NCBI GenBank assembly: GCA_010093705.1
Contig: MU006092.1
Coordinates: forward strand, 812,623 to 876,622
Direction of reading: 5' to 3'
From: Patellaria atrata CBS 101060
Taxonomy: Eukaryota
Length of the DNA: 64,000 bases
Position 1 is the stretch's first letter; each line of letters starts with the position of its first letter. The notes under the pieces are model-generated. The model had not been told where the DNA came from, did no database searches, and saw only the letters and a list, made by a program, of their open reading frames with translations. Both the position numbers and the translations under genes were made by a program. Shown here piece after piece: positions 39,455 through 54,082 of the stretch.

Positions 39455-41046
39455 TCATTCGCAGACACTCCAAGAGATCAGTAGAATAGAAATGAACAGT
39501 AAAGAAATCGAGCTGTGAATACCTTAGTGGGGAAAATAACAACAGCAAGCAGATCACCGGTGTAGGCACAAGGCGGAGCTCGACATCTCAACCCCGTCTC
39601 GCACACACAATTCCCATCCCCACCTTCGGGCTTCCTGTAGTAGAAAGGCGGCACATGTGTTGTCCACGCTATCGGATGCACGTCTGAAGCCATCATGATA
39701 GAAGTTACCTGGATGGTGCAAATAACGTCCGCGGCACGCTTGAGGAGCTGGCCACGCAGGGAATTTCGCCGATTTTCCATGGTCAGCGGGAGATCGTCTG
39801 GAGATGACTCGGAACGACATGGATAACACAAGTCTACTAATTACCTGTATACATGCCATAACGCTTGTTGTATCATCATGTTCGTTATGAATTTCTTTAT
39901 CGCAAAATGGAAATAAGATGCACGGAAATAAGTTCTCAGCAAAGTTCAGTTTGACATTGAGGTTGTCAAAGTTGAGCAGGCGAGCTGTCATTCTGTCTAA
40001 GTATTAGTTAGCAAAATGTCACGATCAGCCAATCATATCGCTCCAAAATATACTTGCTAGCCCCCTTAAGGTACTTTATCTTCTCCTTCTAAAGGAGCTT
40101 CTCTACTCTGGAATCGCAAGTGCATGATAAAAGTCTGGGAAAGGGGTGGTTTTATAAAGGATGATAGAGGTATAGACTGCTGTGCTTCACTTCTATCTGT
40201 ACTTCATCTGTGTGTAGTATTAGTTGGCCGTCTGATAGATCACGATAGTTGGAACTGTCGACTCAGCATACTCTTGTGCAAACGTATTTCCCCATATCAT
40301 CGCACTGCTGGTCGATAATCACCTCCTCTGTCATAATCAGTATTTCTTGGTTTGTAACCCTTGCTCAATTTCCACTGTACAGCGAATGTCGAATCCAAGA
40401 AAATACAAGATCTCCACAATCTGTACAGTACACTCATTTGTACTGTACAGCTACAAGTTTTCGGTACGGTTTCGCCTTCCCATACAGCAGTGTCGGACAC
40501 GGCTTAGAGATGAGCGTACAGTATGCGAGGAATTCCACGACGGCGGAAGGGATAATATGCATGAACAAAACTGGTGATTTTGCTGTTATACATTATGCAT
40601 CTCTCAGCACGCGGTAGAGTTGTACTTCTCTTAGAATATGTATAGTAAGTGTACAGCGACTGAAGGGTGCCAAACCTGATAAATAGAAATGAATAGAATC
40701 GTGCTGTATAATGGCTTCGGGTAGTTGTACTGTACAGTAGGCTGGGGTACGACTACTCAGCGAGAAAAGGTATAATGGCTTTTTGGTTGGACTGAACTCG
40801 AGCAACAGTGTCGTAGTTGAAACCTTTGACTATTAGAATAATAATTTCCGCGGATAACGCGATCGGAAATCATGGCTCAAGATTTCCCTTTTTGATTCCG
40901 TCCTTAACTCGATGCTGCGGTCAACTCGACCCTGCATATCGGTTGGAAATGATACTAAAAGAAACGGTTTTGTGTTAGATTCTCCGTAAAGAACATCTTC
41001 TTTTCTACAGCTTTTGCGATATGGTTCGATGCTAATCGGGGCCGAC

Positions 41047-41739
41047 CTAGAGACTGCTAGAAGGTCCCCGATGTTGTAAGACCATATGAGAATGAATAGG
41101 GAATCGAATATCTAACGCAGACGGAAATGGCTGAATGTGAGAAAGAGCGTGATCCGCCACAGAAAAATCCTTCATACCTCCATCAACAAACGCGCTGATG
41201 TATAAGGTGGCTTTTGGACCGTAGTCTGCAATGCATAATTTCCTGGCTGAACTATATTTGACGGAGAAATGGGTGTTGATAGAGCCTAGCCCGAATCGAG
41301 ACATATTCTTTACTCTGACATGACGATCCCGGCCAACTGTATGTTCTAACAGTGAAATGATTGCTGGACTTGTATATACTTATAAGATCTTCTAAGAGAT
41401 TGTATTCGACCGGAAGCCTTTTGATTGTGGAGAGCGTGCGGAAGTTTAGGAAAGCCAATGATTGCAAAAAAGGGACCTTCTGAACGTGGAAAAATGAAGA
41501 ATAGAATTTGAAAACCGGTTTTGCTTTCAATCCACTGGAGAAATCCTTCCAAGAGCTGTTGTGGAGTTTAATGGAATAAAGTAGTGATAAATCAACCAAC
41601 GATTCTCCCTCCCCGGGGATTTCTGGAAGTCCCCACCGTCATATCCATTAAGGGGCAAGAAAGGCGGGCATCTAAGGAGGAGCCGACGTTGGGTGTTATC
41701 GTCATCAGAATTGCGAACCGACTTCCTGTGCGTAATCAT
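41047..41739 (-). pseudogene. Possible highly degraded HET-domain-type gene fragment
   Basis: YDGGDF..SP.R and a frameshifted FLQS(W)L-like segment in broken frames, resembling N-termini of fungal HET proteins. Confidence 0.25.
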
Positions 41740-43683
41740 AGCTTACAGCAAAATCAGGCTGAGTATTCACGTAATTCATAGTTCTTTGAAATCAATCAAA
41801 AGTTCTGCATTAATGTGATACATATGATTAAAAGTCGATGGTTACATATAAACTCGAAAAGTCATCACGGTGATAGTAGAGGAAGTGGAAGCTAGCCATA
41901 AAGGGCATAGTGTACTTCTTCCCGGATACGGGGAAGATACATCCTACTACACTTAAGGAAAATTCCGGTCTTTCCGCATACTCAAACATTTCCTTACCAT
42001 AATCGGGCCATGATATTGATAGACTCGCCATCTCATGATAATCGGACATGTAGAATCTCGAGGCGGGCCGCTAGAACTAGTGGTGAAGCTAGTAGACCGG
42101 TGAGGTTGGGGGTGGATAAGATGGAATATCGCAACGCTGTAAAGGCATACTCCGAAAAGTTGAAAAGTGCAAGCGGAATTCCAGCGGATACGCACAATGC
42201 AGGACCAGAATCAGCCTTTTCGGTACCTTATCGGTGATCCTTCAATGCAATAACGGACGGCTGCCCGCTTCCGAGGGTTGTCACCATGCATAAGATATGC
42301 CAAGAGCCATATCACGACGTCTGTATAGCTTTATAGAAACCGGTGGGGCACTACGCCACATACTCTCGACCAGCTATAGTGAGAAATCCTAATAATATCG
42401 TACAATTTTGTCAGATGTCAAAATTTAAGGACTGTTTGATATGCGGAATTAAGCCGTGGGTCAGCTACTTGCAACTACCTGTTTAAGGAACTTTCTCGCC
42501 TTGGTCGGCGACGTTGACCGATATCTAACCAAAATCTTTGTTTGCCGAGTTATTATGGTCCGTAACGCATACATAGATTGTCCTGGCTCTGTACCACCTA
42601 GTGAAGCGAAGTTCCTTTCTCCTTCAGCGGATGATTCGTGAGAGTCGTATCCATTACGTGGACGGTAATTACGAGGAGTTCAACTACGAGGGGGAATTGG
42701 AATTATGAGAACCAGTCAACCCATGACTAGCTATTTGAAGATATGACATTATTTCTGCGGTATGAGAGTCCGAAGAAGGGGATGTATTGAGGCCCAGTCT
42801 TGAGGTAACCGTCAATGCGGCGGATTAGATGGAGTTAAGAGAGAACACATAGAAACTCGCTACTGATGGTTTAGTAATGTAACTAATTCTTCGTAGGCCT
42901 TTACGCTCGTTCAATATCTGTGGGCGGGTGGATAGATCCGGAGCATCAAAAGAGCTCCACAGTATATACGTGTAGGTAAATTGTACGGTTACACGTAACC
43001 CATAGGATCTATCGTTGCCTTCACGACAGCTAGAGACACCCGTAATGACAGGTGTATAGGAAACAGATCTATACACCCGAATCATCTGTACCGTTGTAAG
43101 TATCTCGTACGTGCTTGCCTTGACTATACATCAAAGTCGGAAACAGTTTGAAGAGTGGGGGTACAGTGCGCATCAAAGATTTTGGAAGTTGACTGCATGT
43201 AGATGCCGAGATATGTCAAACCACTAACATAGGATCATAGTATATCATGTCTCCCAAAGAGGGTGTTATCGATTAGCGCGGTATAACCAACTGTGAAAGA
43301 AAGAAGAGATTTCGCCCCCACCTCAACTAGAGTCTGAAGAGATCATTGGTGAGAATTCCATTAATCCTAAGCTAGAGATAAGAATGTGGTAAGATGTGTT
43401 GAATGGCATGGGAAAGGCACCGGTGGTGCTATCACAGCCAACGAGTTTATTGATATACTTTAGGGACAGGCTCCGAGTGGATACTCAGAAATCCAAGACC
43501 ATTCAGATCGTTGGAAATAGAAGAAAAATCGAAACAAGTAGTCCATTCCTTCAACAGACGAACTCTAAAATGTGTGCTCATGGGAGAAAGAAAAGGAAAA
43601 ATAACACTCCACATTTTTAGACTGGCTAGTGCGCAGGATATAAGGTTATGACTAGAGAAACAAGGCCTGCTAATGGAGCGACC

Positions 43684-46075
43684 TTAGACTTGCCTTGAAG
43701 GATGTGCTGGGCCCCGTCCAAGAAGGCTCATGACGTCCAACCTTCCGAAGCCTTCCACGTTTCTTAATTCGGCCAGACGAGGACTCTGAGGCTGCATGAT
43801 CGGGCTCTCCTCATCTTCAACCACAGTGCCGTTCACTGCAAGGGCATGTCGATGATAGAGCTCTTCGTCTCCTTTTGAAAATGCTCCAACCTGCGAATTG
43901 AGTGATTCAGAGGCTTTTACTCCAGAGAACGAGAAATCTTGCTCAGTGGCGCCCCAGCTATATGATCTTCCCCGAGATGGGACGGCCAGATAAAATGCGG
44001 TACCGTTCTGGCGGTTATCTGACGAAGACCCTGCGAAGGTATGACCGGCAGGGTTAGTGGTGAGATATGGTTGTAATCCATTAGGAAAGACGGAATCGCC
44101 GCGAATCTGCACCTTTTTACCGCGGTCAAGGGCGGCATCGATTGAGAAGTTGCCACTAGCTGCGTCTTCCCAGTACGATGAATAGACCCAAAGTGGGTAA
44201 TTGAACGTTCGAGCGTATCCACGCGAGGATACATCATTTCCATTCGTCTGCTGTTCAACAGTTTGCACGTACCCTTTGTCATGCAACTCTCCCCCGTTGG
44301 AATAGAAAAGTGTCTGACGCCATGAAACGGGAATGGATCCCTCCGAGGTAGAAATTGTTGACTCAACTGAGAAGGTCCGCTGAACTTCGACAGAGTACGT
44401 TAATGTTTCATTGGTACCGTTGGTTGAAGACCTAACAACGGAGGAGATATGTAGGGTAGGACTAGGGGACGAAAAAGTGGGCTGTGAACCTGTGGTGATG
44501 AAGCCTGGTTCATCAAACCATAGAAATAATTTGCCAGTTACTACCCAATAGTCGCCCACGGATTTGCTTAATGTCCCATTTCCTTGACCATCATCATTTA
44601 TTCCGACCACTCGTATCTCGAAAGAGTGTTCACCGCCGTCACATAGGAGCGGAAGGAGGGGTGTGAGATCAATCTCATCCTCCAGTAGGTCGAAGGCATC
44701 TATGCCAACAATTGGACGCCAGAAGCCTGGAACTATTCCACCAGTGAATATGACCGGGAAGGGCCACTGCACCCCAGCCAATGTGCCATCGACGAACAGC
44801 TGCACCTCGCGGAAAGGGGAGTAGCCGTAAAGTGTAGTTGTATCGGCAAAAGTCTGTGCGTTCGACGAGGGCACATTGCTCCACCAGAATTCTTCCGTGG
44901 ATTGCCCAGATGCTGATATAGTGAAAACTGCCCTTTTCAGGTTTTGAGGGAGCGTGAGGGTATTAATGGCGGTGTCATGTGGTATATTGAACGCACTCGG
45001 GCCGTCGGAGGCAGATTGTCTAGAAGAAACAGGCAGAATGAGATCGGCAGGTTGAGGGAGACCCTCCTCATGGAGAAATATTGCGGTAAGGGTGGTGTTG
45101 AAGGGAGCTGTATACGTATCATCAATCAGGTTACCTAGGTCAAAAATGATCTTCTGGGATTGTTTGAAAAGAGACAAGTAATTGGACACATCCTTCATGT
45201 ACGTCCATTCGATCCCTGTGGCGGTTGGCTCGGCCGTGGAGGTGCGGAAGATCTCTGTATCATTCAGATACATCAATCCCAACCTATAACATATGTTAGC
45301 GAGTCCTGCTGCGGATCACGGGATCATGTCAGGAGTGACGGTACCTATCAAATTGTCTCCCGGCTGAAGTGACTGTGAAATTCAGAATGACCCGGTTGAA
45401 TTGACACGAAGGTGGGTCGTAAGGTCCTGTTAGGTGCTGTCAGCTCACTGTCCACTCAAAGTTGCGAAAGAGTATTCCAATTGCTGTCGAGTGCCCTATG
45501 CTAAGCTTCCATCGCCCCATTCGAGTAAAGATATTAGGGAAGCATACATCCTCGTGTCGTTCAACGTTCTCTATGCATGTAGACTGACCTATGAAGGGTT
45601 TCCCATAGCTGTAAGCGAATACATGCACCATTATAATTTGCTCGCAAGGTGTGTCGACGGGAGTCGGGACTGGATTCGAGACCATGAAAACTTCCAGAAG
45701 GGGGACTGACAATGCTACGGCGTTACGGACAAGGGATCGGGACGAAAATGCGTTGAGATGCGTCAAACCAGTAGCGTTGCAGAACGTAAGGGAATAGCGG
45801 AAAGTGATTAAGACCAGCATAGAACAAATCAACAGTCGAGAAGCCTTCAGCAGCCTAATCATTGACAAGGAATTAATCTCCTTCCCGGGACTGTCTGATT
45901 TTTCATCCCTGGTCCGAGACATTTCTCTACCATATACCCTGCTTCGATCCTCAAAACCACCCATCAAGAGACTTCTGAACCATCTCTTAGTGCCCGTGGG
46001 CTTACGGAACTTGAGTTCGCCATCACAGATGGCGTCATCTAGACCTAATGGTCTTGTTGATGGACTGAGCTCCAT
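43684..46075 (-). CDS. Peptide-N4-(N-acetyl-beta-glucosaminyl)asparagine amidase A (PNGase A family); start uncertain
   Basis: HVFAYSYGKP / YDPPSC.FNRV..TSAGRQFDR / EIFRTSTAEP, EEFWWSNV, SPFREVQL, WRPIVGIDAFDL; 2 introns; N-terminal hydrophobic anchor. Confidence 0.92.
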
Positions 46076-46242
46076 ATCCGTCCCACTCGGTAGTTGCGCA
46101 AAGAGTGCGGTTTCGTTTACAGCAAACTCTTTGCCTGCTCTATTGATCAGAATTGGACCTGGAGCACGTATCTTGGGTAGGGGAATTTTTCTCACCTTTG
46201 CCACGAGCCACGGCCGTAGCCAAAAGGAACCCCCCTTGCTGT

Positions 46243-46542
46243 TTACTGGATCTGGCTATGATCACCTTGATAACTGTCCCAAAAACGTTGAACTGCTCGC
46301 TGTGCTAAAGGAGATGTACTGAATCGTTGTCGATAGAAGTTGAACAGGGCAAATTCGTCTTTTGAAAGTATGTATGTTTCTGGAGCAGCAGACAATCGTC
46401 CCCAAACGTCATGAATTGCTCTTTCTAGAAAAGCAGTAATGTTGGGGTCCACGCCTCCTTCACTATTCCTTGCGACGTCGAGAGCACCTTGCAAACTAAG
46501 GTATCCGTAGCCGTCGACTATTGCGCCATTGTTACCACCCAT
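46243..46542 (-). CDS. 99-aa hypothetical helical protein
   Basis: Intronless ORF with protein-like composition (YILSKDEFALFNFYR, AVQRFWD); TATA-like element at about 46697. Confidence 0.75.
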   Translation of the reverse strand: MGGNNGAIVDGYGYLSLQGALDVARNSEGGVDPNITAFLERAIHDVWGRLSAAPETYILSKDEFALFNFYRQRFSTSPLAQRAVQRFWDSYQGDHSQIQ

Positions 46543-49500
46543 ATTGACTTTTGGAGATGATAGACAGAGATTGATTTTCAATTGAAGAAGGTAGAGAGGC
46601 GAAGAGTATTTTTTTCAGTGAAAAGTGCCAATTGATGATAATACGTAGATATCAAGGAGCAGAATGAAGAGGACGCACGGGGGACAAAGAGATCAATATA
46701 TAAAAACATAGGACTAACAACGACACCACGTGGTAAAAGTGCGTACCTTTTAAAGATAGCTTCTACCTAGCGGGAGAACCATAGAGACAACCCTTATCCG
46801 CAATTATAGACGCACTGGCATCCGTTACGAATCAATGCAGCCTCACACCGTTGAGTCCGAAATTTGGCGACCGTTTCTGGCGAGCTTGTTATTGTGATGA
46901 AGACGAATAAGAGTCACGCTCTACGGCGGGAGGCGTTTTGCCCTATGATCCCAGACAGGATAATTCCCTGCTAAGCGTATATGAAACTGATGTATATCCA
47001 CTGGGAAGTTTAAGCCATGACGACGCCAGATCACGCTGGGCAATCCAAGGTTTTTCTTAACTATGCGAACTTGCAGAAAGACGCCAAAAGAGTTCTACCC
47101 GCGAACGTTTGAAGCCACGAAAGCGTTCCCCGGCCTGCATCAGGATATGCCGTTAATTACTGGTCAGCAGTCGGCATTGCAGTTTTGGCGGCCGATCAAC
47201 GCACCGATCAAGCTGCAAGGATATTAAAACCCGGCCACTACTACGGCCTCATTAAGGTATCTCGTAGGTGATAATGGTCCCGACGGTGATAAGTCCACGT
47301 CCTATAAGTCCACTCATTAGTTAATGGGGAAAGACGTCGCTTTGTTACCTGACGCCAACTTTTGACTCGCAACTTGTCGCAGGGCCTAGAGAATTGCTAG
47401 ACCTGAACTTTATTCCGCTTTAGAAGAGAATCGCTGCTCCAAGCATAAGGTACTTCTATCCGCTGGTGGACTGAAAGTTTGAACAGCCCAATGCTGGCTC
47501 CCCTTGAATAAGAGCTTGTAATGCTCCCGAGTCCGACGTACTAAGGTATCGCCCGAGTTATCGTCAGTGGTCGAGAAATCAACGTGCTACCTCGGCGAAA
47601 CAGTTGTCGTGATGGTACGGAGTACTGCACTGGTCAAACGGAACCTTGATTGATATCACTCAAAACTGTCACTCCTCTCGCTTTTTAGCCGGCTCCACCC
47701 TCGACAAGCGGTAAAGGGTAAACAACTAGTTTTAAAATGTTTGACGGTCAAAAGTTGCTCTTCAATGGCGAAGAGACGAAGAGAGGTCAAGCTGACTCGT
47801 GTTCCAGACCTAGGTGCAGATGGAGTAGGTAAACCTGCTTCCAGAAGCCGGATAGGGCCAATGCTAACATGCATCAGGAGTATGGAAGCTTTAGATGGTG
47901 GGAAAATAGAAGGGGGTAAGTTTCAGGGAGTTTCCAAGACCATGAGGCATCAACCATGAATTCTATCATGCTGGAATGAGATCAAGGAACTTTCGAGGCC
48001 TAGAGTGGGAGAGTAGTGAGAGGCACAGGAGAATACCGGCAAATGCTGGGCGTGACCCGGGCTCCTGGATGGATGGGTCAAGGTACGAGGTGGGCACACC
48101 GTCAAAGTAACCACCTCACACCCCCCCCCCCCATCAAACCCCCCAAACCGACACATCCTTACTCTATATCATGCCTTACTATAACCTGTATTATAGGCTG
48201 TAGACACTGGAAACAAAAGCCCAGAAGTTACAAGAGTGCAAGGTCTCTCTGTTTGTGAGTTCTCCGGCTGTGACCGAGCTTTGCGATATGCATGCCTTCC
48301 AGATAACGGTTTAGTATCAGTGCTCTCCACGCGAGAATAATCAATTATTGCAGCATCCGCACCGGTTGCAGCAGATCGGTAGAACTAGTTCTAGGTTGTT
48401 TGGACTTTGTTTCTTAAAACCACGTTTCCTGCGTCCCCCCCGCCCTATCAGAGGTGACGGAATGGTTAAATTCCAAGTCAAAACTCAAAATGTTTCGATG
48501 GGCACTTGGATGGTACAGTACGGAGTTGTAGTTAGTACGCCTTGTCGCCTTTGTTTTGAGCGGTCAGACCGTCAGAGACCCCCATCCCCCATTTTCCTTC
48601 TTCCTCGTGGTGCTCGTCGTGGTCCGGATTGGGCTGAGATAGAACTATTTGCTGAGTGACGACAAGAGCACGCGATTTCCAATCGAATCCTCCAGAACTC
48701 CCTGAGGGATATCGGTGCAAGTCACCCATATATGTGCAGTATACACAAAATACAATCGTACTCGTGCTGCACAGGTAGAAATACAGTACCTTGCTGTGGT
48801 ATCCGCAGTCATCGCTTGGGCTCTCAGAGCCTCTCCACCCCAGGAGTCTCTCGATGTAATGGCCCAAACCATTCGCCGCACCACAGTCAACCAGATATGC
48901 TCCGTGATATATGTGAAGAGGTGACTATGTTTGCATCTTACACTAGTGTCGTGAATGGATGAGTTGGTTTCGTGCCGGTATCGCAGGTTAGGCCATGAAC
49001 CCATAGGAATCCAGTCTCCTAATGGAATATGTGTACCTTCATTATCGGTATATTGGGAAACGATGGACAAGGGAGCCACCAAGATATATATCAAACCTTT
49101 GCTTCACAGTCTCAGTTGGCTTTTCATGCTTTTCCACTCCATCCCAAACATGGAAAAGCGTCCATGCATCGCCGGATGGGTTGAGTTGGTGCATAATCGC
49201 CGTTCCTTCGGTCAAGTCAAGGTGCATTTCAAGAATCCCGTACAGTAACAGGAAGAAAAATTGCTGTAGGTCACCTGTCACGGTGACTTATTTAGGAGCT
49301 TCTTTTATCTTGGGAATCCGGGGTAAATTTCTAGAATTACCCGATGCCTGAATATAGCATGTCATCCCCAGTAGGTAACCCGTCGTGATGAGAAGAGGTA
49401 GGAGTCTTAGATCAGGATATTAATATAGAGTCTACTACTCTAGGAAGTAGGGAGGGCACTGTATTGTATATTTCATTGATTGATGAATGTTTGATTTAGC

Positions 49501-50234
49501 AATAATGAGTCAAGCGACAGATGCGCCAAAGTAGGGCCAAAAATAGGGTGTCAAGCGATTTGATAAGACGATCTCCCGAGGTCAGCATATTTTCCTACAG
49601 TAAAACATGAATTGACGCTGAATAACTGCTCGGTCAGCCCTTAGTATTGAATCAGTTCTCACACTACACGAGACTTTAGTCTCAGAAACATCTGACCACG
49701 ACTCGGGAGTAGACTAATTAATGGATGTCTAGCGAGATGGCCGACGACGGTCAAAAGTGGTTGGAATGTCTCTAATCGAGATGACAAAGGGGCACCACGT
49801 TTTGGAGGCCCGTTCGAAGATATTCCGAGATAGGAAGAAAAATTATCGAAAAGTAATCCGGGGATAGTGCAATTGTAATGTTTCAATGCAGATGTGCGGA
49901 TCTAGGTAGACTGAGACGTTGTGGATGGCAAGCTAAGGCTATAATTATAGTAGTGGTGCGAGTATGAGGACATCAAACATGAACTGCTTTAGATTCCCGC
50001 AACCGCCCAATTCTACTAGATTCCTGCAATGCGTCAAGCTACCTTTAATGTGATTTTGCTACTGATTGAGTCTTAGCACTTAAAGGGTAAAGAGGCGTAT
50101 ACTGATATGATGTCATACCACATTTGGTAGTGCTTGAACCCCCATTACTCCAAACAATGCATCTGATCCTACGAAGTAGGCGTGGAGGTAATCGTCTCAA
50201 TGCTGTCTTAGCCGAATCGCTACTACCATAATCA

Positions 50235-53045
50235 TTACCAAGTATCGCCCCAACCTTCTTCCTCTTCCTCTGTAGGATTTTTTATTTCGACTTTCTTCGC
50301 TGCAGCGACAGGTTTCAACCGGCCAGATGCTACCACCGCTTTCTTGCTTGACTGGCTGGTGGTACCTGTGCTGAGAGATTTCGAACCAACACTCGGTCTA
50401 TTTGACTTCGAGAGTCCTTTTGGCAGAGCACCCTTGGTCTTTTTTGCCTTGGCCTGAGCATTTAGCCAACCTGCAAAATCAGGCTCCCCTTTATCGTCAA
50501 ATATTGTTGCTTTCTCTGATGATGGCACAGTAGATGCCGAAAAAGGTTCATATATGTCGTCCTTTGTAACATTGCTTGTGCCGGCTTCTCCTCCCCACGC
50601 GTCATTGAAGTCTTCGGCAATAGCTTCTGCATCTCCGTCGTTCGAGCTTAGTGCAGGCGATGTTGGTGAGAAAGGATTAGGACTAGCCTTAGTTTTTCCT
50701 ACAGTTTGTCGGTACAAATTTGACGCAGTAGTCGTGGATGATAGCGGACGTGCGGTCTGGGAGGATGTCTCTGGAAGAGGGACAGACGAAGAGCGTGGCT
50801 CTTCCGAAAGAGAGCCAGTGGTGGGAGCTTGTATCTGGCCACTTGTTGATGCAAGCTTGTTTGTGAAAGACGAAATAGCCCAACCTGCCCAAGAAGTATC
50901 ACTTGGACCACTTTCCATCCGGGGTGTGCTTGCATTGGTACTTGCTGCAGACGGAGGGGGAAGTACGGTATCAGGAAGGGTGAGGCCATACTTGCGAACT
51001 CGGGTAAGATAGATGTCTAGAGTTTTATTTGCTTGGTCCCGAACAATCCTACAAATCTATGAGCCTTTCTAGAGTATAGGGAGGTGTGCGGCTATTCGGG
51101 TCATACTTTTCTTTATCTACCAGAGATGGGCATATTGCGGGCAATATCTTCGTTGCGCAATCATCTTCACTGAACAAATCTGCAGTTGCTGCAAGAGCCA
51201 TGAGGGCAGCATTCCTAGCGTGCACAAAAGGGTCTCGCAAAGAGCGTGCAAACGCTGCGGTTAGGACCTTTGTGCGGGTCTGTAATATGCTATGTTAGTG
51301 GCTGACCAGTAGATCATTATGCGTTTGGAGAGATTACAGAGCCTCCAAGATTGCGTGCGATCTTCCCTAAGCAAATGGTAGTGTTAGTTCTTATACCAGG
51401 TTGCTCATCATTAGCCGTCTTTGCTAAATATCTCAGTAGTTCTCCATTGACGATACGATCGGAAAGCTTAGATACGACTGTCAACACCGCTTTGACCGTC
51501 TGCTCCCTTAATACTGGCGCTCCGTCGGTGAAGCCAGTGACCTACACACCATCAGTATGAATCCGATACGCGCACCAAAAAGTGTGACCTACCATTTGAG
51601 GGAAAATTTTATCATTGACGATCTTCTGCGGTAAATGATCTATCATGAGTGGCAAGTTGTCTAACAGACAGACTCGGATAGCGCGATCAGGACTTGTGAA
51701 CATTCGAACAACTACTGGCGTAATTCTAGTTTCATACTCCTCATCTGAAAGTTTAGACCCGATCTTTACGACTATCCCGAAGACCTTAGCACCACCACCA
51801 CCGAACTCGACTGATTTTAGAAGTTCGGGAAGTACTTTCATTTTGAAAAAATCTTCAGGGAAATCATCCGAGACTTCTTCAAGCTGACTACGAGTATGAA
51901 GTTGGTAATGCTCTTACAGCGATGCGGGATGTACCTACCTTAGGAACTCATCCCTTTCTTCGTCACTTTTTAGACCTAGATTCTCAATTCCTTCTGTCAG
52001 GTGGATTAGAGGTGTCTGGAAAAAGCCTCCCTGCCTTTGGCCTTGTTCTAAAAATTGTCCAACGCTTAGTCTGGCCTTAGGGTTTGCACTTGTGAGTCGC
52101 TTATAGCTTTGGTGCATACTCGGGGGTACATTCTTAGTTAGTCCGACCTGCTCGAGTTCTATGAATGTCCCATTGCAAACCTCAAAAATCAGTATTCCAA
52201 AATCGTACGCATCTATAGCGGTGACTGGATTCCGCTTAACAGCCTCCCACCCCGATTTCGTGATTTCCGGGGGTGCATATCGAGCTGAATCTGGAACTAA
52301 GCTGCCGTACGTCTTGAATACTGATGAGTAACTGTCATCAGGCTATGTTGAAACTGCTTTTACTCACGTAAAGAATTGCATCATCATCCTTCATAGAGCT
52401 AAGCACATCGAATCCTCCAAGTTTCCACTCGCCACTTTCGCTCGTGAAAATTGATGACACTTTAAGGCTGCCATGTATTGAGGTCGCTTCGCTGTTGATG
52501 AACTTTAGGGTTTTCTAGTACTCCGAGTTAAATCTAAATTCAAGAACGGTCGAAGGGAGTACAAACAGCGACAGTGTACAAGCCCCATTTGATAGTCTCT
52601 TCGGCAAGACTTTTTCGTCTCGTATGCCAGCCTAGTGGAACCAAACGTTCTGTGGCTATATATATATACGTTTCTGTCTTCAGTGTTCATAAGATGACGG
52701 TCAAGCGGATCCTTGGGGTTATACACACTTCGACCGTATCGAGCACCTTTATCACCCCAGGATGTCGTAATGTTCGAAGCTTGCGAAGGGCATTTCTAGC
52801 GAGGGGTAGGCGGGATTTGTTGGACGTAATATCGAAGGAAAATATGCTGCACTTAGACCCATCTTCCTATTAGTCGTTAGCCATGAACGGAGCATATGCA
52901 CAGGTGAAACTTCTATCCATACTCGCTTTGTACCGTTGTGAAGTGTCCAGATTGACTGGTCTATATCTACTCGATCGCCAAAGGTATATGGGAACGCCGG
53001 GCCTTTGGAGATTGCAGAGGCAACTGCAGACTTCAAGAAATCCAT
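50235..53045 (-). CDS. CEX1: SCY1-like pseudokinase with HEAT repeats (Cex1/SCYL1)
   Basis: MDFLKSAV start; LRTLRHPGVIKV, SGEWKLGGFD, DEQPGIRTNTTICLGKI, RDPFVHARNAAL; multiple introns. Confidence 0.88.
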
Positions 53046-54082
53046 GAAAATGAAGTTAAAGACAGACAGAATTTTCCACCGTGTTGATAGTGGTTTAGAA
53101 ATACCAAGACTCTACAGAAGAGTGATAAGTTATTTTATAGTACGAGTGGTGGGATATCAACTGTTCCCCCACGCGATCCTCCTGGATTATTCGTTCATTT
53201 ATTAGGGAGTTCTAGTTCCATCTTAGTTCTAGGGTTGACAACTTGACGCGCTTTGTGTTGCTGGCTTGGCGCGATCCACTTCTGGTTCTACACCACAAGC
53301 TTAACTACAAAATAACTTTACTATGAAGAAATCTCCTATCTCACATATATTCCAACTGCCCAATATCAAGAATTGATCATCATATGAGAGGGAAGAAGGC
53401 GGTTATATGGCTCGTCTTTACCTATCTCAAATGTCCATCGATTTTTCGAATTGGTAGAAACCATGACCTTTGCTTGCCAGCGAAAGCCACTGGTTATAGG
53501 ATAAACCATGTCTACAATGACACATTTTCCTCGTTATAGCGATCAGCAGGACCGCCTGGACTCTATTCAGTCTAAGGTGAGACAATGTTTTCCCCACTCC
53601 GATGTCTTTGTAACTTCCAGTACTCCTGTCAATGATGATTATCCTGGTAAAAGGTCATACTGTAACTTGTAATGGTTATGGAAAGAGCACCGTGAAGACT
53701 AAGAGGCTGAAGAAGCTCAATATACGACCCTTTGAACCCTCGCTGCAGTCTCAGTCCACTGAATGTCCTGCTGTCAGAAGAGTGCCAGTTTAGTGACCAC
53801 CAGACTGAGAAACCTTCGAACCACTTAATGGAGCGCCAACTCTAGCATCTCAGCGGGTTAGTGTCAATGGCAGTGGCTTAAACTTCTTATCCGGTTCGCA
53901 CTGCGTTCTCTGGTTAAGACAATTCTCATCTGCAATGGCGGTACAAGTTGGGTCTGATATTAAGCTGAGGCACATGGTGGTCACCTGGCGCCTTCTTCTT
54001 GTAACCTGACAAGTAGCAACTTGGTGACATCAATAAGCTGAAATATCTGATCTGGACTGGCATACCCCTGCTATGAACTTGG

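Noticed and set aside
46700..50200. Many 70-150 aa ORFs or a possible transposon
   Set aside because: No coherent protein motifs, terminal repeats or transposase/RT signatures seen; treated as intergenic
53509..53630. Upstream exon of the large chromatin gene
   Set aside because: The apparent splice leads to an in-frame stop and could not be joined to 54083
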